Positions 38,520 to 52,000 of a stretch of 64,000 nt of DNA are shown here, in pieces (positions within the stretch are counted from its first letter, which is position 1; every line of letters starts with the position of its first letter). This stretch comes from Octopus sinensis (taxonomy: Eukaryota), in contig NC_043010.1 in NCBI RefSeq assembly GCF_006345805.1, forward strand, positions 13,392,001-13,456,000, written 5' to 3'. The notes below the pieces were generated by a model. The model saw nothing but the letters and a program-made list of their open reading frames with translations, ran no database searches and was not told the origin of the DNA. The translations under genes and the position numbers were made by a program.

Positions 38520-40600
38520 TAATTAGGTGAAAGTTCTTTTTACCGGTTGCGCATTTGTTATGCTTATCAAAATATAAAAGAGAGATTAGAGTTCCTTTCT
38601 TATAGAATTTTTCCTCTTATCTGACTTTATGTTGGGTTTGCTGTCTCTTATATGTGAAAAAAGAGGCTCCAGAGTTGTTTTGGATTTGCTTGGTTTCCAC
38701 CTAAAATTTTGATTGGTCATTATGAAGGGGTCACGTGAATGTTTGAATGGAAGTTGGTGTTGGGGTAAGAAAAAAGGCTCCAGAGAAGTTAAAATTTGGC
38801 TAGTGTCCCGCCTAAAATTTCTTATTGGCCATAATAAAGAGGTCACGTGAATGTTTAGAATTTTCGAAAATAGTGTTGTTGAAAATTCTTATTGTTCAGG
38901 CTGGTCAGTAGACGTCATGTGGATATTTTAAATAGCTTTTTAGCGCGTAGTTAGGGAGTGTATTTTCCGCTTGACTGAATTTGAGCTGGATAAGTAAGTT
39001 CGTTTAGAACAGGGAGAGCTGTATGTATGTATGTGTGCGTGCGCGCGCGTGTGTGTTTATATGTATGTTGGGGCGCGCGCGCGTGTATATATGTGTGCAT
39101 GTGTGGGTACAATTTTCAATATTTATAGTTCTGCTGGCCTTGTGCCTGTATCGGGAAGCAACGTATTTGTGTGAAGTCAATATTTACAGCCATTTCCAAA
39201 AAATAGTGTTGGATGTTTTGCACCCGTATTCAATTATGTGTATGTGTGGAACCATATATTTGTGTGTGTCATGGTGTTAATATCTGGGTAAAGGTGTGTG
39301 TAGGGTGTGTGCTGGTGTAAGTGTGTTTGTTGTGGGTTCGTGTTAGGGGCATGTGTTTAGAAGTGGTCTGTATTTATTAATAAGGTGGGATTCCATGGTT
39401 ATTCGCTGGGTATGAGTGGCATTGTCTTTAAATTTGTAGAGGGGAAAGATTCTAAAATTGGGATGAAGTTGTGCGGCACAGGTATCAATATGTGCACTAA
39501 ATGCTATTTTTCTATATTCCTGTATTTTTATTGGGATCTGTGGACAGTCATGCGTTGGCGGAGGCTATTTTTGTTTGGCCTATGTAGTTTCATTACAGCC
39601 CGAGCAAGTTAAGACATATACTAGGTTTTCTGATGCGCATGTGAAGTTGTGTTTTACTGTGAAACGTCCTTGTTTAAAAAGGAATTTCGGACCTTCTATT
39701 AGGTTGATGCATATACCACAGTTGGGTCTATTGCATTTGTTTACTGTGGGTTTAGTTGTTGTGGTTGGCAGTACTTTGGCATTTGTTAGGATGGTTTTCA
39801 ATGATTTGGGTTGCCTTTTGCTCTTTATGATTTCGTGTGTTAGGAGGATTTGGTTCATTCTATGGTCCTTTTGTAATACAGGAATGTTCTGGAGGATGGT
39901 GTCAAAAGCTTCATTGTTGAGGGGGTTGTGTGTAGAGATGTATGGTAGAGTATGGGGTTTCGATGTAACAGGTTTAGGGCGTCTAAGTTCCTGCGTGCTG
40001 AGTTTTAGGGCGCGTTGGATCCCATTGTCAATTAGTGACATGGGGTAATCCCTGCTTGTTAATGTGCCCTTGAGTTCTTGTAGACGTAAGAGACGGGTGT
40101 TTTTATTGGAGACTATAGTGCAAATTCTCTTGGCTAAGTTGTAGGGAATGTTAATTTTAACGTGTCTAGGGTGGCATGAATTGAAAGGGAGGTATTGCTT
40201 GGAGTCTGTGGGCTTGTAGTATATGTCTGTTTCTATTTTTTTGTTGTGAATTTTAATGAGGATGTCGAGGAAGGGAATTTGTTGAGGGCTGTATTCCATT
40301 GTGAAAATAATGTTTGTGTTGAGCCCATTTATAAGAGTGTGAAATTCGTTAAGCTTCTCGACGGTTTCGGGCCAAAGGATGAAGCAGTCATCAAGATATC
40401 TCTTCCAGTTCTTCTCTATGTGTGTGTGGAGAGTGGTGCCAAATTGGTTAAGAACGTTATTATAGAGGGTGATTTCCAGGTATCCCATGACTAAGTTGGC
40501 GTAAGTGGGAGCTGTTTTCGTTCCCATTGCCGTCCCTGATTTCTGTCTGTAGAATTTGTTGTTGAAGGTGAAGAAATTATTCTCTAAGATGAATTTGTGT

Positions 40601-40602
<2 letters not shown>
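38520..40602 (-). mobile_element. 5'-truncated Penelope-like retroelement (RT C-terminal half, GIY-YIG endonuclease, long 3' region)
   Basis: The peptide has QKSGTAMGTKTAPTYANL, KRYLDD, the thumb motif YYKPTDSKQYLPFNSCHP, CxxC and VYVLTCSGC. After a frameshift it continues YIGQTKNSLRQRM...KYRPLLN to a stop near 39343. The 3' boundary is approximate. Confidence 0.9.
38537..38575 (-). pseudogene. Hammerhead relic at the 3' end of the Penelope-like element
   Basis: The minus strand reads TTGATAA-GCAT(AACAA)ATGC-GCA-ACCGGT-A. Helix II is perfect and helix III is palindromic, but there are three core substitutions. Confidence 0.4.
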
Positions 40603-40639
<37 letters not shown>

Positions 40640-41396
40640 TATATATGTATAATCAATCCATGCCAGCAACGAAAACAGACACTAAATGATAATGACAGGA
40701 TGTAGGGCTACATATATATATATCATCATCATCATCATCTTTTAACGTCCATCTTCCATGCCGTCATGGGCATGGCAGTTTGACAGGAGCCACTGTGTCT
40801 GTTTTGGTATGGTTTTTACAACTGGATGCCCTTCCTAATATCAGCCACTCCATAGAGTGGACTCAGTGCTTTTTACGTGGCACCAGCATAGGTGAGGTCA
40901 GTTTTTGGCATGGTTTTTACAGCTGGATGCTCTTCCAAATGCCAACCACTTCACAGTGTCAACAGGATGGTTTTATATATATATATATATAAAATTTAGA
41001 TTCAAATGAATATGGTACTTAAGTTAGATGCACCAGAATTTTGTATGATGTTATCCATATAAATCCATGGGGTGATTATAATCAAAATAAGCAACAAGAA
41101 TATCTTCGGTAATTTGGTACGATCGTTTCACGCTACATCATTTTATTAAACATTGTAAGTATTACAACGGTTTTAAAATGTTGAGCAAAATCAAAATCAA
41201 AGAGATATATATATATATATATACCCTTGATTTTGATTTCCTCTTCCTTATTTATACCTACTGACTCAGAAGTAGGCTAAGGATCCTCAACACCAGCCCC
41301 TGTTGTGAACTTCGATGCTAGTAGCTTATCAATTGGAGCACTCAGACAGCATAGACTAGTTTAGATCACCAGTGGTCTAAACTCTTCTTATTCCTT

Positions 41397-41450
<54 letters not shown>

Positions 41451-41734
41451 ACATTGTTGGGTAAGTGTGAGAGCCTGGATCTGGCTGGTTTGAACATAAA
41501 ATAGGTAGGATTTTTTTGGACCAGATATGACTGGTTTAAATGCTGAACGGTTAATGATGGTCCTGTCCATCTTAACTACTCACCTATAGCCAGCACAAAT
41601 ATCTGAAAGATACAGCCATACCTACTTGCATATCAGAAAAACCTCATGGCTATACCTGAGCACATATGTTAAAGATATAGCCATACCTCTCCACATACCT
41701 TAATCACATGACCATATCTGTACAGTTGTCTTAA

Positions 41735-43866
41735 CCTTTTAGTATTTAATCTGGCCATATCCAACCCAAATATTCTACCTGTTTTATATCAAAACTAACT
41801 AGATCCAGCTTCTCATATCTACCCTTCAATGTCATTCTAAAAAAAAAACAATCACATCTTCAAAATCTTGAAGCTAGGAAATACTACATGGTTGATTTAA
41901 AAATTGTGGATAAATAAGCATCACATTTGATAAATTAGATACTACATGGGTAGTTTTAAAATTGTGGATAAATAAGCATTGCATTTGAGAAATTAGATAC
42001 CACATGGTTGATTTTAAAATTGTCGATAAATAAGCATTGCATTTGATAAATTAGATACTACATGGTTGATTTTAAAATTGTGGATAAATAAGCATTGCAT
42101 TTGATAAATTAAATACCACATGGTTGATTTAAAAATTGTGGATAAATAAGCATCACATTTGATAAATTAGATACTACATGGGTAGTTTTAAAATTGTGGA
42201 TAAATAAGCATTGCATTTGAGAAATTAGATACCACATGGTTGATTTTAAAATTGTCGATAAATAAGCATTGCATTTGATAAATTAGATACTACATGGTTG
42301 ATTTTAAAATTGTGGATAAATAAGCATTACATTTGAGAAATTAGATACCACATGGTTGATTTTAAAATTGTCGATAAATAAGCATGCATTTGATAAATTA
42401 GATACTACATGGTTGATTTTAAAATTGTGGATAAATAAGCATTACATTTGAGAAATTAGATACCACATGGTTGATTTTAAAATTGTCGATAAATAAGCAT
42501 TGCATTTGATAAATTAGATACTACATGGTTGATTTAAAAATTGTGGATAAATAAGCATTGCATTTGATAAATTAAATACCACATGGTTGATTTAAAAATT
42601 GTGGATAAATAAGCATCACATTTGATAAATTAGATACTACATGGGTAGTTTTAAAATTGTGGATAAATAAGCATTGCATTTGAGAAATTAGATACCACAT
42701 GGTTGATTTAAAATTGTCGATAAATAAGCATTGCATTTGATAAATTAGATACTACATGGTTGATTTTAAAATTGTGGATAAATAAGCATTACATTTGAGA
42801 AATTAGATACCACATGGTTGATTTTAAAATTGTCGATAAATAAGCATTGCATTTGATAAATTAGATACTACATGGGTAGTTTTAAAATTGTGGATAAATA
42901 AGCATTGCATTTGAGAAATTAGATACCACATGGTTGATTTTAAAATTGTCGATAAATAAGCATTGCATTTGATAAATTAGATACTACATGGTTGATTTTA
43001 AAATTGTGGATAAATAAGCATTACATTTGAGAAATTAGATACCACATGGTTGATTTTAAAATTGTCGATAAATAAGCATTGCATTTGATAAATTAGATAC
43101 TACATGGTTGATTTTAAAATTGTGGATAAATAAGCATTGCATTTGTTAAATTAAATACCACATGGTTGATTTAAAAATTGTGGATAAATAAGCATCACAT
43201 TTGATAAATTAGATACTACATGGGTAGTTTTAAAATTGTGGATAAATAAGCATTGCATTTGAGAAATTAGATACCACATGGTTGATTTTAAAATTGTCGA
43301 TAAATAAGCATTGCATTTGATAAATTAGATACTACATGGTTGATTTTAAAATTGTGGATAAATAAGCATCACATTTGATAAATTACATACCACATGGTTG
43401 ATTTTAAAATTGTGGATAAATAAGCATTACATTTGATAAATTAGATACTACATGGGTAGTTTTAAAATTGTGGATAAATAAGCATCACATTTGATAAATT
43501 AGATACTACATGGTTGATTTTAAAATTGTGGATAAATAAGCATTACATTTGATAAATTAGATACCACATGGGTAGTTTTAAAATTGTGGATAAATAAGCA
43601 TCACATTTGATAAATTAAATACCACATGTTTGATTTAAAAATTGTGGATAAATAAGCATTTCATTTGATAAATTAGATACCACATGGTTGATTTAAAAAT
43701 TGCAGATAAATAAGCATCACATTTGATAAATTACATACCACATGGTTGATTTTAAAATTGTAGATAAATAAGCATCACATTTGATAAATTACATACCACA
43801 TGGTTGATTTTAAAATTGTGGATAAATAAGCATTGCATTTGATAAATTAATCTGAATGCTAAAGGG
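41735..43866. mobile_element. piggyBac-like MITE with an internal 58-bp satellite
   Basis: TTAA occurs at 41731-41734 and 43867-43870. The ends ttaaccttttagtatt and aatgctaaagggttaa are imperfect inverted repeats. An inverted partial copy of the left end lies at about 41452-41555. Confidence 0.75.
41881..43850. repeat. 58-bp satellite, about 34 copies
   Basis: The unit is atactacatggttgattttaaaattgtggataaataagcattgcatttgataaattag, with very high inter-unit identity. Confidence 0.97.
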
Positions 43867-44117
43867 TTAAACATATCTAAACTTGCACTCATTTCTTAAC
43901 TGTCATACTTGCCCGGAATAAAATTCAGCCAGTACATTGGTGTTAGAAAGGGCATAAAGCCACTGAAGCCATACTAACAATGGAACATGAACAGGAGACG
44001 TGATCTCCTGACCAGTCAGGGTTGACCATTTAATTGTGTTTGAGTATTCAGGCTTGAGCAAGGTTGTTTTGTGAAAGATTGGTCATTGCCCATGCACTGT
44101 AGTCTCTCTTCTCTATA

Positions 44118-44328
44118 CTCTCTTTACTCTTTTACTTGTTTCAGTCATTTGACTGTGGCCATGCTGGAGCACCGCCTTTAGTCGAGCAAATCGACCCCGG
44201 GACTTATTCTTTGTAAGCCCAGTACTTATTCTATCGGTCTCTTTTGCCGAACCGCTAAGTGACGGGGACGTAAACACACCAGCATCGGTTGTCAAGCAAT
44301 GCTAAAGGGGACAAACACAGACACACAA

Positions 44329-44369
<41 letters not shown>

Positions 44370-44533
44370 TACGACAGGCTTCTTTCAGTTTCCGTCTACC
44401 AAATCCACTCACAAGGCATTGGTCGGCCCGGGGCTATAGCAGAAGACACTTGCCCAAGATGCCGCGCAGTGGGACTGAACCCGAAACCATGTGGTTGGTT
44501 AGCAAGCTACTTACCACACAGCCACTCCTGCAC
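44118..44533 (-). mobile_element. SINE family A, minus orientation; others at about 718-857, 2255-2525, 4480-4878, 6250-6660, 21809-22222, 31805-32222, 33745-34025 plus 36172-36333, 37140-37505, 37540-37700, 44860-45210, 46143-46548
   Basis: This is the reverse complement of the same consensus. This copy has the TSD ctatact. Confidence 0.9.
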
Positions 44534-44814
44534 CTATACTGCTGATATTATTGAAGAAAAAGGCTATTGCTTAGGGGAAATGCACCTATCAGAATGCGTG
44601 TGTGTGTGTGTGTGTGTGATGTATACATTTTACATATGTGTGTATGTATATGTGTCTTTGTGTCTGCGGTTGGTCACCCTAACTGCTTGACAACTGGTGT
44701 TGATTTGTTTCAATCAGCCTCCATGACTTGGGGGTTCAGCAAAAGGGAACAATAAAATAAGCACCAGACTTTAAAAAAGTATAGGGGTTGATTTGTCCAT
44801 CAAGAATCCTCCAA

Positions 44815-44859
<45 letters not shown>

Positions 44860-45724
44860 TTTTATTCTTTTACTTGTTTTAGTCATTTGACTGCGGCCAT
44901 GCTAGAGCACCGCCTTTAGTCGAACAAATCAACTCCAGGACTTATTCTTTGTAAGCCTAGTGCTTATTCTATCGATCTTTTTTGCCAAACTACTAAGTTA
45001 CAGGGACATAAACACACCAACAGCAATGGTGGGGGGACAAACATACACACACACATATGACGGGCTTCTTTCAGTTTCTGTCTACCAAATCCACTCACAA
45101 AGCTTTGGTTATCCCAAGGCAATAGTAGAAGACACTTACCCAAGGTGCCATTCAGTGAGACTGAACCCAGACCCATGTGGCTGGGAAGCAAGCTTCTAAC
45201 AACACAGCCACACCTGCACCTATAAATATATATATGTGGTACTACACACACACACACACACACATAAACACATGCATGTATAATGTAGTATACATATATA
45301 TATGCAACAGGTGTCTTTCAGTTCCTGTCTACCAAATCCATTCAAAAAGCTCTACTAGAAAACAGAGTGGTATTGAACCTGAAACCACGTGGTCGGAAAG
45401 GGAACTTCTTAACCACACAGTCACACCTGAACTTATTATTCTTAATTAACTGAAATTAATTTTCTTCTTAGCCAGAGAAAAGAAAGTAAACATCCAGCAG
45501 CTGATGTTAGTGATTCTCAAAGGAAAGGGGAGATAATTTAAAGAAGCCAGGCATCAATCTTTGGAATTTTGGTTAGGATGCTTAGGAGGAGAACAGTTTG
45601 CTATGATGATCCGGTTTCTGACTGAAGATTAAAGGCTTCGAATGACCCGTCTGTTTTCTGTGTTCGTCCCTTTGTGTATTTCACGTTCTTATTTCTTTAT
45701 ATATAATTTTTATACCTATATATA

Positions 45725-46101
45725 CACTTGCGTCAGAAATTAATTAGCACTTCTCAAATTTCTACATTAAATAGGTTCAATCAATTAACCTATGAGCTGT
45801 TCAAAACGTCTTACGCGATGAAAAAACTTAGTATGGTGTGATTTCGGTCCTCGCAAGGCGCTACCTATATCTATTAAACAAAGGAAGATTTGTCTGCATC
45901 CGCACTCCAAGTTGTTGCACTGCTATGTCAACATCATAAAGCTGTAGACTCTCAAACTGCTCTGCAAACAAAGTTACGTCATCGTTCTGCGCAACAGTGA
46001 ACTCGCAACAAAGCAATAGTTCGAGATATGGCCACTAGGTGACAGCACATACCTTGGGTGAAGAGCAAATCAAGGGTGCTAATTAATTTCTGACGGTAGT
46101 G
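45725..46101. mobile_element. Tc1-like MITE, 26-bp TIRs, TA flanks
   Basis: The ends are cacttgcgtcagaaattaattagcac and gtgctaattaatttctgacggtagtg, with TA on both sides. Confidence 0.8.
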
Positions 46102-46932
46102 TATATATATATATATATATCTGTGTGTGTATACATACATATACTCTTTACTCTTTTACTTGTTTCAGTCATTTGACTGCGGCCATGCTGGAGCACCGCC
46201 TTTAATCAAGCAACTCGACACCGGAACTTATTCTTTTGTAAGCCCAGTACTTATTCTATCGGTCTCTTTTTGCCGAACCGCTAAGTAACAGGGACATAAA
46301 CACACCAGCATCGGTTGTCAAGCAATGCTAGGGGGACAAACAGAGACACACAAACACACACACGCATAGATATATATATATATATATACGACGGGCTTCT
46401 TTCAGTCTCCGTCTACCAAATCCACTCACAAGGCTTTGGTCGGCCCGAGGCTATAGTAGAAGACACTTGCCCAAGATGCCACGCAGTGGGACTGAACCCA
46501 GAACCATGTGGTTGGTAAACAAGCTACTTTCCACACAGCCACTCCTGTGTTGTAAGAAGATATATATATCTGTGTGTGTATACATACATATATATATATA
46601 TGTATACATATAAATTATTAAGGTGGTTATTTGCAATTTAAGAACCAAAAGGCACAAGTATAAACGTCACTAAAATTACCAAGGGTGCAAATCAGCACCA
46701 GCATTGCTAGAAATAAGAGTCAAAACACTTCTTAACCTCAAGCAAGTGCTTATTATATATTTACTGACAAGGGAGACCAACCTCCATACATGTGTGAATA
46801 TATGTTTGTGTGTGTGAGTGTTTGTGTGCGCGTGTGCGTGCACACACATATGTATATATACATACAAATATGTGTATATGTATGTGTATATATATATATA
46901 TATATATACATGTGTATGTATATATAAAATTA

Positions 46933-46964
<32 letters not shown>

Positions 46965-47054
46965 ACGTTAATCCAAACAAGAAAGCACAAAAAAACACAA
47001 CGCGAGGACATGGAACAAATATAGTATTATTGGGCGCTCAGGAAGGAAGGAGGA

Positions 47055-47090
47055 TTTAACGTTTCAAGTGGAGCTCTTCATCGGAAACAT
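47055..47090 (-). pseudogene. Decayed hammerhead-like motif in a different TA-flanked short element (about 46965-47160)
   Basis: The minus strand reads TTT-CCGATGA-AGAGCTCCACTT-GAA-ACGT-T-AAA. It has one core change and a weakened helix II. Confidence 0.4.
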
Positions 47091-48429
47091 AGGAGAAGGA
47101 AAGATCCAGAGAAGGGGAGACAGGGAAAAAAAAAATCGCCAACGGTACACATGCGGTCACATATATGTAATTATGTTTATATACAAACATACATATTATA
47201 TGTGTGTATATTTGCATGTATATATGTATATGAATGCATATATGTATGTTTGTCTGCTTGTATGTATTTAGGTAAGTACATGGGTATGTATGTTTGTGTG
47301 TGTGTGTTTTCATTTTCCTTGTCATTTTTCTTGTCTACAACACATCATCTAAATTATCCTCACCTTGATAGTGGTATGTTTATCACATCCTTAGATATGG
47401 AGCTCTGAACTATACCAGATCATTTAGCTGACTACCCACATTTCAAAGGTCTTTTTAACCAGACCAATTGCTCTGAGTCATATAAATAACTACTCAGATG
47501 ACTGTCCTTCAATATTCTTTGTATATCAAGGAGTACATTGCCAGATATATCCTTCCTGCGAGCTGGCAGAAATGTTAGCACGCCGGGCGAAATGCCTAGT
47601 GGTATTTCGTCTGCCGTTACGTTCTGAGTTCAAATTCCGCCAGGGTCGAATTTGCCTTTCATCCTTTCGGGGTCGATAAATTAAGTACCAGTTACGGACT
47701 GGGGTCGATTTAATCGACTTAATCCGTTTGTCTGTCCTTGTTTGTCCTCCCCTCTATGTTTAGCCCCTTGTGGGCAATAAACAAATAAGATATATCCTTC
47801 CTTCATTCATTTTAAAAAGGTGATGAGAGAAAGAGATGTGGCTACTATTTCTGGTAGGTTGAGTACCTGCAGGGGGGGGGTCCCTTTTTGGCTTATAGGA
47901 CTTAAATTATATACAAAAATAAAACTAATAAAAATCTAGTGAAAGAAATGCAATGATTTGAAATTACCACTCTTCTGCAAAAAAAAAAATGTATGAGATT
48001 AGATTGCAGAGAGCACCAAGGGCACTAACTGTGGTTAGATGACTCATTAGAGATCTAACTTGCAGATATGTGCTTTTAAAAATGTTTATTTATTAAATAA
48101 AACTAATCTATAGTAGTAAGATATGTGATGCCAACAGATATTAAAGAATGCATGAATGAGTGCTACTAGCTGACTGTAAAGACTAACAATCGTAGCAGCA
48201 GCAAAAGAGAGAGAGAGAGAGACTTAAAATGATATTGGCAAGTGATCTATGAATATTGTGGTCTAATCAATCAATATTCAAACCATATTATGTAAGTATG
48301 ATAGACTCAATTGCTAAATTTGTTTTTCTTGATAATTAGAGGTAAATTCATCAATGGGTAATATTGACTTTGAGAAGGGAATAGGAGTTAGGATGCTGGA
48401 ACTTTGCCATTGGATTCCAGCCCTGGTTC

Positions 48430-48433
48430 AGAT

Positions 48434-48468
<35 letters not shown>

Positions 48469-48800
48469 CATTGTGTACAGTGCTCAGGTGCACTACAACT
48501 CATCTAAAGTGTATGTATAATCAGGTGTAGTTTCGGCGGATTTCGGAAAGCATGAGGGCCTTAAAGGATGCAGTGTCATGGCAGTCAACAACTGACGCAG
48601 GCAGTTTGTTCCATGCTTCAGCAACTCTGAGCATGAAAAAATGTTTCCGAAAGTCATGGGAGCTGTGTTGTTTTCTGACTTTGTAGGCATGTCCACGTGT
48701 GTTAGACACATGGAGATCAAAAAGGTGTTCAGTGTTGTTGTTGGTGAGGTGGTTGATAACTACATGTAGCAACAAAATACTCCACATGAACCTTTACCAT
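48430..48800 (-). mobile_element. CR1/L2-like LINE 3' fragment
   Basis: The peptide NTRGHAYKVRKQ...RKHFFMLRVAEAWNKLPASVV...SFK is the typical CR1-clade C-terminus. It has a (TAT)n tail. Confidence 0.85.
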
Positions 48801-48841
48801 GTATCCACCTGTCAGATATATCATCTGACTCTGAGAGGTTC

Positions 48842-49052
48842 TATGAAGGGATGCTGAAAAGTTCCTGGCTTTGAGTAAAAGAAAATACAGAAGGATCGAT
48901 CAGTTAATTATGATTTCATCTAACATATTCCCCTCTCAGGTTCACATACTTATTGCAGCGGTCCTTCAGTTTTTCTAAGCCCCGCAAAAGAACTCAGAAG
49001 GTTGGACCCCCCAACCAGACCATTCACAATACCCTTAAAGCACTCCTTCATA
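48842..49052 (-). mobile_element. Second mariner-derived MITE copy
   Basis: It is the reverse-complement homolog of 38184-38400, with ends tatgaagggatgct and agcactccttcata. Confidence 0.7.
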
Positions 49053-52000
49053 GAACAGGGAATTATATTTTCTATGATTAATCCTCCCGGACCTGGGTCT
49101 CTGAGTCTAATTTTACCCACCACCTGGGCTCCTGAGCAAAAAAATAAATAGTTATGGCTGTGTGGTAAGAAGCTTGCTTCCCAACCACATGGCTCCAGGT
49201 TCAGCCCCACTGTGTGGCACCTCGGGCAAGTGTCTTCTACTATAGCCTCAGGCCAACCAGAGCCTTGGGAATGGATTTGGCAGACAGACGTTGAAAGAAG
49301 CCTGTCATACATATATATGTGTATATATATACATACATACATATATATATATATATGTATGTGTGTATGTTTGTATGTATGTATGTATGTATGTGTGTGT
49401 GTATGTGTGTATGTATGTATGTATGTATGTATTTATGTGCGTGTGTCTTTGTGTCTGTGTTTGTCCCCCTCCATCGCTTGACCAACGATGTTGGTGTGTC
49501 TATGTCCTTGTAACTTAGCAGTTGAGCAAAAGATATCGAAAGAATAAGTACTAGGCTTACAAAGAATAGACCCAGGGGAATGGGTCGATTTCTTTGACTA
49601 AAACCCTTTAAGGTGGTGCTCCAGCATGACTGCAGTCAAATCACTGAAACAAGCAAAAGATTAAAAGAATAAAAAAATATACAGCTCAAGAGTAACACTT
49701 GTAAGCAAACTAACGGACAGAATTGGCTGCATCTTCTTCTTCTGTGTGTTCTTCCTGACTGCTCTACTGGGAATCCAGCAGAGATGACGTTTAATCTATT
49801 CCCACAATAGCAGGAATACGGTGTGACCGGGTTAGAAACAGAGCCTGATTAAGACCCATTTTAAGACCCTAAGCACTTAAAAGATTTTGGTGCCCCCATA
49901 AAAGATTATGTAATTCAAAATGTAAACAATAACAAACCATAAAATAAATTTTTATTTTTCATCATGAAAGAAAACAGTAAGAGGGGAAAATAATGTTTAT
50001 TTTTGTATAATAATAAACAAATGCGCCCTTTTAAAGCCTAGCCAGGCTCATGGGCCCGGTTTCCTGGTTTCAATGGCGTATGTGCTCCCCAGCTGGACGG
50101 GACGCCAGTCCATCGCAGCGTTACTCATTTTTGCCAGCTGAGTGGACATGAAATGAAGTGTTTTGCTGAAGAACACAACGTGTTGCCTGGTCCAGGAATC
50201 GAAACCACAATCTTACGATCATGGTGCTGACACCCTAACCACTAAACCACGTGCCTCCACTTATTTTTGTATATTTCCACTTTATTTATATTTGAAAAGT
50301 TTCCTCCTACTTTTTTTGAATTGTAAAGTCTTTGATCAGGTCCTCAAAATTAATCTTAGGTAACACATCTGCATCTATACTTAGTGGAGATAAAGGCATC
50401 CCGAATATTATTTTAGCTAGTTTAAAGTGATTTCTTTTGTGCCATAAACCATTTACCATTTCTGTTGTGGTCCCTACTTCCTTTGATGCCCTAAGCATGT
50501 GCTTATTTTACTTAGTGGTTAATCCAGCACTAGTTAAAAATATCAATTATAGACACCCCCTGGTTAGGTAACAAATGAGACCCAAACTTAAATCATCATC
50601 ATCATCATCGTCGTCATTTAATGTCTGTTTTCCATGCTAGCATGGGTTGGACAGTTCAACTGGGGTCTGGGGAGCCAGAAGGCTGCACCAGGCCCAGTCT
50701 GATCTGGCAGTGTTTCTACAGCTGGATGCCCTTCCTAATGCCAACCACTCCATGAGTGTAGTGGGTGCTTTTTGCTTGCCACCGGCACAGGTGCCAGACG
50801 AGGCTGGCAATGGCCACGATCGGATGGTGCTTTTTATGTGCCACTGGCATGGAGGCCAGATGAGGCTGGCAACGGCCACGATCGGCTGGTGCTTTTTACG
50901 AGCTGATTATATTCTCTCTCATGTCGGAGATGATTGATACAGAATAAGAATAAACAACACTTCAACAGACTCTCATCTGTGATTATCTTTATGTATAGCT
51001 TTACAAAAGCTATACTCCCATTTTAATATCACCTGGGCCTTGAAAGCTTTTAGCTGAGTCCACTCTGTTGGAAGCCTTTGAGCCAGGTCTCTGATCACCA
51101 TTCTGAGAATAGTCCACTCGCACAGGTTACAGAGGCCTGTTACACGGTTTCTTGGTTACCATTGCTGTGGGGTTGTGATATTGGATGAGTATAGTTTTGT
51201 TGAAGACCATCGTTATGTGGTCTAGCTGGTTGCATGTATAATAAATGAAGCAACTCATGAACTTTTGACTTTCAACATATTTATTTCTGGACGTGATTTA
51301 CTGATTTAGCTGTTTACAAAAGAAAGATGCTGATAATATAACTGCCAACTGGGAGGAGAGAACCATGCTGTGTCTTGTAGAAGGCTAGCTGTGGTATATC
51401 ATGTGTGGATGTCCAAAGTCATCTCTTGCTCAAGGTGGTCTGTTCAAGTGCCTGATGTGATCTGATATTAGTAATTTGCCTTTTGCTCAAAGTGGTTTGT
51501 GTGAATGCCTGATGCTGTCAGGCAGAGATAGGTGCCAAACAGATTTTATAGGGTGAAAAGGAGGTTGAATTTTAGATCATTTGAGGAGCCATATCACACT
51601 ACAGATTCACACTGATTGGGCGATTTACAGATCAATCATGTGAAACTATGGTGGCTTACTTGTAATCCCAACAGAATATCTAGCAGTTGGGGTTCAAATC
51701 CCTACAGGCCTTTAAAAGGGTCGAGGGCACTGATTTTCCATTTCAAAGCCATTAAAAAATATCTAAGCCAATAAATTACATATTTCTGACTCCATATCCC
51801 TAAATCCCTTGAAAAATAAATCTTTTTTAAATATATAAAATTTATAACATCTACTGACACAGCACTAATGTACACAAGCTGACAAAAAGAAACTTTTATC
51901 TCAAACACATTCTATAAAATTTTCCTCATATATTTTAAAATTTTAGCTTGTTTCTGATTTACCTAAATATTAGAACTATTACCTAAATATTAGAATTATC

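Noticed and set aside
41881-43850. 58-bp array as CRISPR
   Set aside because: It is a pure tandem satellite with no unique spacers.
51030-51230. Protein-like minus-strand stretches (e.g. RVDYSQNGDQRPGSKASNRVDSAKSFQGP)
   Set aside because: Each frame has a stop within the segment and no acceptor/donor pair gives a phase-compatible exon; it is probably an old TE relic.
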